IMG/VR virus record: IMGVR_UViG_3300030376_003179
Coordinates: 1 to 28,489 of that record
Reading direction: 5' to 3' (one strand)
From: a virus
Taxonomy: Duplodnaviria > Caudoviricetes
DNA length: 28,489 bases
Shown here: positions 22,767-28,489 of the stretch, piece after piece
Layout of the letters: each line of letters starts with the position of its first letter
How positions within the stretch are numbered: position 1 is the stretch's first letter
Translations under genes and position numbers: made by a program
Notes under the pieces: model-generated
Databases searched by the model: none
What the model was told of the DNA's origin: nothing
What the model saw: the letters and a program-made list of their open reading frames with translations, nothing else

Positions 22767-25204
22767 CAGGTTGCCAGCAAGCCTCCAGGTCGTTTTTGTT
22801 TAATCAACTCTGCTTGAACAGCAGCGCCAAGCATCTTGCCAAGTTGGCTTGCCTGGTTGCTATCGCCTTCAACACTAGAGCCAGAGGCATCGACGTTCAC
22901 AGTTACATTAGCGCTGCCCATTGCGTGGTTCGGCACAATATTGCCTGACGACCTAGGCACAAATAACTCAGGGCCGCGCTCACCTACTAAGAACGATCGG
23001 TTTGGGCTAACAGGGCCACCGTTTGCTCTTGCGCCGCCAAACAGTTTTCCAAGGAATCCGCCGCCGGCACCTAATGCACTAAACGCTTGGTTGATACCAA
23101 ACTTAAGCAAAATGTTGGCGATATTTCTAAGTACGTCAGATGCAACCTCTGCCAAAGTTTTAGTTCCATCTACGGCTGCGGTTAATGAATCGACAACTCC
23201 GGTTTTGATTGAATCGCCAATACTTGTGTAAAAATCTGCAAGCTCCTGCGCAGTCTGTTTTGCTTTTTCTTTTAGCTTATCCTGTTCTTTTTGTTGGCCT
23301 TTTAGTGCCTCCTCTTGTGCAATCAGTACGCCTAAAGTTTGTCGCGCTTGCTCCCTGCGCTCTGCGCCTTTGATTCCAGTGCGATCTAATATCTGATTAA
23401 TACGTTGACGCCTCTCCTCTTCCTGTTCAGTGCCATCTAACCTCGCCTGGGAAAGCTCATTGGCTAACGCCATTTTTGTCAACACTTTGCCGAAAGCTTC
23501 ATCAGCTTTTAATATTGGGTCCAAGCCGGATTGGGCGAATTTAGTAAAAGCGTCTATAGCTTCTTTTGTCTTCTTTGTCCTGCCTGAAGGTTTACTTGCT
23601 TCTTCACCGGCTAGTTGAGCTTCCAATTGTGCGCGCAAAGCAGCCAGCGCCGGGTCTTCAGCAGTAGTTTCTGCTTTAGGTGCTGCCTCTAAAACTTTGC
23701 GCCGCTCTGCTATCAATCTTTTTTGCGCTGATATTGCTGTTTGAGTAGCCATAGCAAGTTTTATCATGCTATCCGGGGCGTTAGCACTTACCCGCCGCGT
23801 CGCTAAATCTGCGCGGTTTAGTGCCCCCGACATTCTGTCCAACTCATTGACTGTTCCTGATATAGAGGGGTTTAAACCCTCTACAGCAGTTTTTATTGAG
23901 TTCAATCCACCTTCAGATTGCAAAAGAATAGTGCTGAGTCCTTGAAAAGTTGCACTTGCTCGTTCAAGTTCCCCAGTAACTAAATCTCCTAACTTAGCCA
24001 CAGCTTTGCTCGCTGCGCTTATTATTTCGTTCAGTGTGCCTAAAATACGTTTTAGCGCAGGCCCCAGAACTGTGTCTAAACCTCTCGCAATATTTCCTAT
24101 ATTTTTTACAATACTTGTGGTCTGAGCGCTAACAGTGCCCCCCAAATCCTCTGTAGCTTGTTCGGCTGCTCCTGTGGCGTTCTTTTGATTTTCTAGGCTT
24201 GTATTGAACTTAGTTAAATTATCATTAGCCAGTGGCAAAATTGTCGCTACCGCTTCAACGCTGCCGAACAACTTCGTTAAAGCAACCTCACTGCCTCCAG
24301 TTTTCTTGATAACCTCCTCTAAAAAGCCCCCGAACCCTTTAGCTTTTATAGCGGCAGAACTAAATTCAATTCCAAGTAAATCCGCAGTGTCTTTTGCCTC
24401 TTTGGTTGGTTTTATAACACTCGCAATAGCCTGACGTATCCCCGCAAAAGTGGACTCAACCGGAACGCCTGTTGCAGTAACAGCGGAAATGGCTGCGTTT
24501 AACTCCTCGACACCTACTCCAGCGGCTGCCGCAATGGGGGCAACTCGGCCAATCTGTGCGGCATATTGCGCAACAATGATCTTGCCATCATTCTGAGTTT
24601 GGATAAATCCATCGACTATCTTTGCGGCCTGGTCTGAACTAAGGCCATAGGCGTTTAAAACAGAAGTTGTCGCATCAGCAACAGTGTTTAAGTCAGAAAG
24701 TCCGCCTACAGCTCCGAAGCTCGACGCCTTCAATATGTCGGCGGCTGATGCAGCGTCGTTAAATCCTGCGGAAGCTACGTTGTAGGAGGCTGCCAGTAAC
24801 TCCGTCTGGCTGACAAGACCCTTTACTTCATTACTGACGCCTAGAAGCCGCCCCCTTAGCTGTTCAGAATCAACCCCAAGCGTTCGTACTGCTGCCGCAG
24901 CTTTATCAGCTTCAGAAAACCCTTTGACAAAACGCCGTATAGCTTCTCCCGCACCAATCAAAGGCACTGCTTTCAGCGCCGCACTTAATAGATTTATTTT
25001 TCCCGCAAAAGCGCCTGTACCGTTTGCTGCTGAACGCGCCGCGTCGCCGGTTTTGACAAACTGCCCCCCAGCATTGCGCATTCCGCCGTTTAAGGCTTCA
25101 ACCGCTTTCTCTGTCTTGCGGCTCTGCTGCGTTACGCCTTTGAGCTGTTGGTTTGGCTGTTTTGCGTCAAGCTGAAGCGCAACTGATGCAATAACTCCAG
25201 CCAC
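22766..25204 (-). CDS. Tape measure protein (TP901-family core)
   Basis: 812 aa Ala-rich helical protein; Y..ASAG, LNAYGL, LFGSVEA core; C-terminal RANGGPV....LVGERGPELFVP. Confidence 0.93.
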   Translation of the reverse strand: MAGVIASVALQLDAKQPNQQLKGVTQQSRKTEKAVEALNGGMRNAGGQFVKTGDAARSAANGTGAFAGKINLLSAALKAVPLIGAGEAIRRFVKGFSEADKAAAAVRTLGVDSEQLRGRLLGVSNEVKGLVSQTELLAASYNVASAGFNDAASAADILKASSFGAVGGLSDLNTVADATTSVLNAYGLSSDQAAKIVDGFIQTQNDGKIIVAQYAAQIGRVAPIAAAAGVGVEELNAAISAVTATGVPVESTFAGIRQAIASVIKPTKEAKDTADLLGIEFSSAAIKAKGFGGFLEEVIKKTGGSEVALTKLFGSVEAVATILPLANDNLTKFNTSLENQKNATGAAEQATEDLGGTVSAQTTSIVKNIGNIARGLDTVLGPALKRILGTLNEIISAASKAVAKLGDLVTGELERASATFQGLSTILLQSEGGLNSIKTAVEGLNPSISGTVNELDRMSGALNRADLATRRVSANAPDSMIKLAMATQTAISAQKRLIAERRKVLEAAPKAETTAEDPALAALRAQLEAQLAGEEASKPSGRTKKTKEAIDAFTKFAQSGLDPILKADEAFGKVLTKMALANELSQARLDGTEQEEERRQRINQILDRTGIKGAERREQARQTLGVLIAQEEALKGQQKEQDKLKEKAKQTAQELADFYTSIGDSIKTGVVDSLTAAVDGTKTLAEVASDVLRNIANILLKFGINQAFSALGAGGGFLGKLFGGARANGGPVSPNRSFLVGERGPELFVPRSSGNIVPNHAMGSANVTVNVDASGSSVEGDSNQASQLGKMLGAAVQAELIKQKRPGGLLAT

Positions 25205-25230
25205 AGGTCAGCACCAACACTCATCACAGT

Positions 25231-25422
25231 CTACCGCCGCCGTTTGGCCTTTTTCATGGCCTCTTCATGCTCATCATTCAGCAGGTCAAAATAAGCAGAC
25301 CAGATCAACAGCTCCTCGTAAGTCAGCTCTTTGTTGAGCTTGGCCAGCGTGTAACCAAGCTCTTTCGCAACTCCTAGCTGCAGTTTTAAGAGGTTGTCTT
25401 TTTTGAGCTGCTGTTTCAGGAT
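25231..25422 (-). CDS. Tail assembly chaperone T segment (made as G-T fusion by -1 frameshift; absent from ORF track)
   Basis: -1 frame reads ILKQQLKKDNLLKLQLGVAKELGYTLAKLNKELTYEELLIWSAYFDLLNDEHEEAMKKAKRRR*; gpT-like LG.TL...LT..EL..W.AYF; no usable start codon of its own. Confidence 0.85.
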   Translation of the reverse strand: MLKQQLKKDNLLKLQLGVAKELGYTLAKLNKELTYEELLIWSAYFDLLNDEHEEAMKKAKRRR

Positions 25423-25760
25423 TTTGGGTCTGCCGCATCCTCCTGCCCAGCAGTCAGAACCGCAATCATTAGCTTTTGCAAATCAGCGTCACGCACCTCA
25501 TGCTTTAGCTCTGCCATTTCTCCCTGTTGAAACAACCGCTGCCCGCTTTCGTCCTGAGCTTTCAGGATCAAACACTGCAAAGCAAAAGCATCTGTGTCGT
25601 TGTTTGTGTTTTGCTGTGCACGTTCACGCTCTGCCATCGTCAGCGGAGCAACCCACATCTCAAAAGTTGAACCATCTGAAAGCTCAACGCTCTGCTTAAT
25701 AGGCTGTAAATTTGCGGACTTCTTGAGACGATCAAGGGCACGCAATGAAGAGGAGGGCAT
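25416..25760 (-). CDS. Tail assembly chaperone G
   Basis: Between major tail and tape measure genes; PLT.AER, KA.DE.G.RLF motif. Confidence 0.85.
   Translation of the reverse strand: MPSSSLRALDRLKKSANLQPIKQSVELSDGSTFEMWVAPLTMAERERAQQNTNNDTDAFALQCLILKAQDESGQRLFQQGEMAELKHEVRDADLQKLMIAVLTAGQEDAADPKS
25422..25428 (-). other. -1 ribosomal frameshift slippery site C CCA AAA
   Basis: Minus strand GAC CCA AAA TCC TGA: X XXY YYZ heptamer one codon before the G stop. Confidence 0.85.
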
Positions 25761-25792
25761 ACAAAACAGTTACTCCTTGAGATCTTAGGCAT

Positions 25793-25819
25793 AAAAAAGG
25801 CCCCAATACAAGTGGGGCC
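25793..25819 (-). terminator. Rho-independent terminator after major tail gene
   Basis: Minus strand GGCCCCA-CTTGTAT-TGGGGCC then T6. Confidence 0.85.
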
Positions 25820-25839
25820 GTTGCACGTTGTGCGGCTAA

Positions 25840-26583
25840 TTAGCTTCTTGCGAAGTCAAAAGTTGGTGCCGCTGATGGGCGGAAACTGATCTCTACAGAT
25901 TGAGGATCATCAGGGTTCACTGAGTAAGAAGCAGAGGTGAGCACTGCTTCCATCTGGATGAACGTGCTGGACGAGTCAGCAGGGTCTGAACCAGACAAAA
26001 CCAAGTCGGTAAACAGCTTGAAGGTGGCACCTGCTTGCTTGCGCTGGATAACGTCCTCAATCAGGCGAGTTGCAATGGTGGTGTCATCGTCAGTAGTGAA
26101 GACAGTGCAACTTCCAGTGCCGTCCGCGAAGCCAGTGATAAAGCTTCTGAATGGAGCGGTCTGGCCCAAGGTGCCGCCGATTGCTGTCACGTCCAGCTCT
26201 TCGCGGGTTACTTCGAAAGACCAGTTGTTGATATTTCCGACTGATTGAAAGTCAGCAAAATCAATAGTGAAAGGCGTGGTGCCATCAGTTCCGTCATCAG
26301 ACAGAGCCAGCTCCGAACCGCCTGCAGTAGCTGCAAAGGTAGCGATACCCGTTGAAGCTGTGTAGGTTCTGATGAAAACGTCGGTGCTAGCACTCAGGCC
26401 GTTAGGCAGCGTTCCGCCAGTGCCGGTGCCAAAACTTACCTTGTCGTCAACCTTAAAATTCAGGAAAGTGCCGACGTTGATGTTGTTGCTGCCGCTGGTG
26501 ACAGCCGCTGCTTTGAACGTACTTTTTGTACCAGCAGGCTTGTAATAGAGAGCGCCGGACGTACCGGACAAGACAGTAGCCAT
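25840..26583 (-). CDS. Major tail tube protein with inserted N-proximal domain
   Basis: LSGTSGAL, VG.I.NWSFEV..EE.DVT, FRSFITGFADG.GS, V.ISFR; position upstream of chaperones. Confidence 0.85.
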   Translation of the reverse strand: MATVLSGTSGALYYKPAGTKSTFKAAAVTSGSNNINVGTFLNFKVDDKVSFGTGTGGTLPNGLSASTDVFIRTYTASTGIATFAATAGGSELALSDDGTDGTTPFTIDFADFQSVGNINNWSFEVTREELDVTAIGGTLGQTAPFRSFITGFADGTGSCTVFTTDDDTTIATRLIEDVIQRKQAGATFKLFTDLVLSGSDPADSSSTFIQMEAVLTSASYSVNPDDPQSVEISFRPSAAPTFDFARS

Positions 26584-26613
26584 GATGTTTGAGCGGTAGT
26601 GGCTTGATCCAGC

Positions 26614-27033
26614 TTATTGTAAGTAAGCATTGAACGTCACGCTAACCTGAGTTTGCAGGTAAGCCTCAGGAGCGCCCGGCTGAACTGTCACCGGCCCTGA
26701 TGCGGCGTCAAACGTAACACTGCTTACAGTGACACGATCAAATAAATCTTTGACGCGCTCAGCAATCGTGTAGTTCGCGCCTGTACCGACGCCAACTGCT
26801 GTAAAAATGTCAATCAACACGATTCCGGCTTGCTGGTTGAAACCTGTTGTTGGTGCCTGCAGGGTTAGGTATCCGTTGTCGTTGAACTGAATACCAACCT
26901 GTATCCAGCTACTGCTGTCAGGTGGCGTGAAAGGTACGTTTGCATACGCCACACTGATTGCTGGAGATTCAGCCATCTCTGTGGCAATACGCCCTTCAAT
27001 CGCTGCGCGTACATCGTTGAAAGTGCTTGTCAT
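26614..27033 (-). CDS. Tail terminator protein
   Basis: Y.NV.F.PP...WI.V, G...IDIF...G.GT; directly upstream of major tail gene. Confidence 0.75.
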   Translation of the reverse strand: MTSTFNDVRAAIEGRIATEMAESPAISVAYANVPFTPPDSSSWIQVGIQFNDNGYLTLQAPTTGFNQQAGIVLIDIFTAVGVGTGANYTIAERVKDLFDRVTVSSVTFDAASGPVTVQPGAPEAYLQTQVSVTFNAYLQ

Positions 27034-27524
27034 GATTCAGCCGAAATTTGCCTTGCTAGCCGAGGGATAGCGTTTTGAAGACGTTTCCCGCTAGCCCGCA
27101 CCCACCCAGGTCCACCGGTTTGAATGCTGCTGCCGCCCCCAGGTTTGTCATAGGTAGTTACAACTCGCCTCGGGTTATACCTAGTTTGCGTTTTTGAGCC
27201 TGACCCGGCTGCTCCGAACTCAAGCTTGTCCGCGTAAGGCAGATTGTTGTAGATGTTGTAGACGTTGCCAACTTTTTCCTGTTGATAACCGATTTTGTTT
27301 GGTTGGTTTAGGTCTGGCGAGGGGTAAGACCCCTGCCCAGCAGGTGCTCCTTCAAAAGACATATCATTCTGTCCTACGGCCCAGCTGACGCGAAAACGCC
27401 CTGTGTCTACGGGGCTTTTGCTTACAACAGATTTGTAACCTTCAAGAACAGCGGCGCGAACTAATTTATTCATTTGCCCCTCGGTGAACTCAGCAATCTG
27501 TGAGATTTTTATGCGTCGTGCCAT
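27030..27524 (-). CDS. HK97 gp10-like neck / tail completion protein
   Basis: SPVDTGRFR.SW and NNLPYA..LE.G motifs. Confidence 0.85.
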   Translation of the reverse strand: MARRIKISQIAEFTEGQMNKLVRAAVLEGYKSVVSKSPVDTGRFRVSWAVGQNDMSFEGAPAGQGSYPSPDLNQPNKIGYQQEKVGNVYNIYNNLPYADKLEFGAAGSGSKTQTRYNPRRVVTTYDKPGGGSSIQTGGPGWVRASGKRLQNAIPRLARQISAES

Positions 27525-27525
27525 C

Positions 27526-27882
27526 TCAAGACCTCAGGATCAATTCAAAAGTGACAGGCTCGTTGGCCTGCTCTGATGTGTTTATTGAAATGATTTGGTA
27601 AACAACGGAATCAATAACCACGCGGTCTTTTGTTGTGGGGACTGTGTCTAGGTCGCTAGCGGCAACTTTGAGCCGCTTGTCTTCGGCCTGGATTAGGTCA
27701 TTCACCTCAGATTTAGTGACGCCTCCTACGATTCCGGCAACATCAACGTCAGTTGTAGTTTCGGCGCTGGCCCCTGTTGTTGTGTTGTACGTGCCAGCCG
27801 TTACGTAACGCACAGTTACATCGCCGCCCAGCTTGCCGATTGCATTTGAGGCCGCTTTGCGTAGCGAGTCAACAAGAGCCAT
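27526..27882 (-). CDS. Head-closure (stopper) protein
   Basis: G..VT......G.YN..TG, I...D.RL, P...D.V.ID...Y.I; position after adaptor. Confidence 0.75.
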   Translation of the reverse strand: MALVDSLRKAASNAIGKLGGDVTVRYVTAGTYNTTTGASAETTTDVDVAGIVGGVTKSEVNDLIQAEDKRLKVAASDLDTVPTTKDRVVIDSVVYQIISINTSEQANEPVTFELILRS

Positions 27883-28112
27883 CAGAGGTTATAGGCAAGA
27901 CACGCACCACTAGTGAGCGTGATGCTTGTGATGACCCCGCAGATTTCAGTGTCGGCAACGAAAGTTTCGCTAGCCAAGCTGTTGCCGGTTGCGTTCTTGA
28001 CGGTGATCGCACTGATTACAGTGTCTTCTTTGAAATAGATCTTGCTGAACCTGCCTGTATGGGCGTTGGTGTCAGAGATGAACTCGAAGCCGCCTGATAG
28101 ATCCTCGTACAT
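27882..28112 (-). CDS. Hypothetical small beta-rich structural protein
   Basis: Coupled by TGATG to head-closure gene; G.ITSITLTSG...AY. Confidence 0.7.
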   Translation of the reverse strand: MYEDLSGGFEFISDTNAHTGRFSKIYFKEDTVISAITVKNATGNSLASETFVADTEICGVITSITLTSGACLAYNL

Positions 28113-28114
28113 GG

Positions 28115-28489
28115 TCAGCTCCGTTTGATAGCGATGTTGCCTGGTCCGCTAATTCTAAGGCCCGTCAAGTACCTTTCAAACATCGGCGGAACACGGTCAG
28201 CACCTACTGCCCCAGTTTTGTCTGGGGTCACGTCCAAATCACCGATCTTGACGTTCTTAAAGTCCTCAAGGCCGCTAAGGCTGATGCCGTCAACATTGTT
28301 TTTCAGGTAAACGGCCATCTCAATCTGGGCACGCTTGACCTGATCTGGAATCTCCGTGTCTGTGAAGTAATCGTCAGAAATGCGAAAAGGGAAGCCAGTC
28401 GCATACGTGTTGACATAGGTATCAGGCTTACGAACGCCTGTGCGCGGCCATTGCAGGGCTTGCGTGTCTGTTGCCCGTGCTCCAAGAAA
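28115..28489 (-). CDS. Head-tail adaptor (DnaT-like/gp15-like family), 5' truncated by window edge
   Basis: Frame open to base 28489: FLGARATDTQALQWPR...IPDQVKRAQIEMA...KIGDL.V. Confidence 0.8.
   Translation of the reverse strand, partial: FLGARATDTQALQWPRTGVRKPDTYVNTYATGFPFRISDDYFTDTEIPDQVKRAQIEMAVYLKNNVDGISLSGLEDFKNVKIGDLDVTPDKTGAVGADRVPPMFERYLTGLRISGPGNIAIKRS

Overview
A 28.5-kb piece of a tailed dsDNA phage or prophage with a lambda-like non-contractile tail (siphovirus). The small conserved-hypothetical genes resemble those of marine picocyanobacterial (Synechococcus-type) phages; that host call is inference from recalled families, not a search. Left arm (+ strand, 1-7300): a truncated RusA-like resolvase, then small hypothetical genes driven by five copies of a conserved palindrome-plus-sigma70 promoter cassette, then a recombination block (RecE/ExoVIII-like nuclease, Rad52/Sak annealase, Xis-like HTH, probable SSB). 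Right arm (mostly - strand, 7200-28489): head-tail joining genes, major tail protein, G/GT chaperones with a -1 frameshift, tape measure, M-L-K-I-J tail tip, three fibre+chaperone pairs, an outer-membrane beta-barrel, a cluster of exported/membrane proteins (four of them on the + strand), holin-like genes and a C39-peptidase endolysin candidate. Most notable: (i) a non-splicing Hint (intein-like) domain at the N-terminus of tail-tip protein J, between duplicated IIGAGGGGG motifs and next to the Ubl (I) and JAB (K) genes; (ii) a 7-gene cell-envelope module with a TolC-like half-repeat signature; (iii) the repeated early promoter cassettes; (iv) a candidate structured RNA at 7892-7990. No capsid, terminase, integrase, tRNA, rRNA or CRISPR array is visible in the window.
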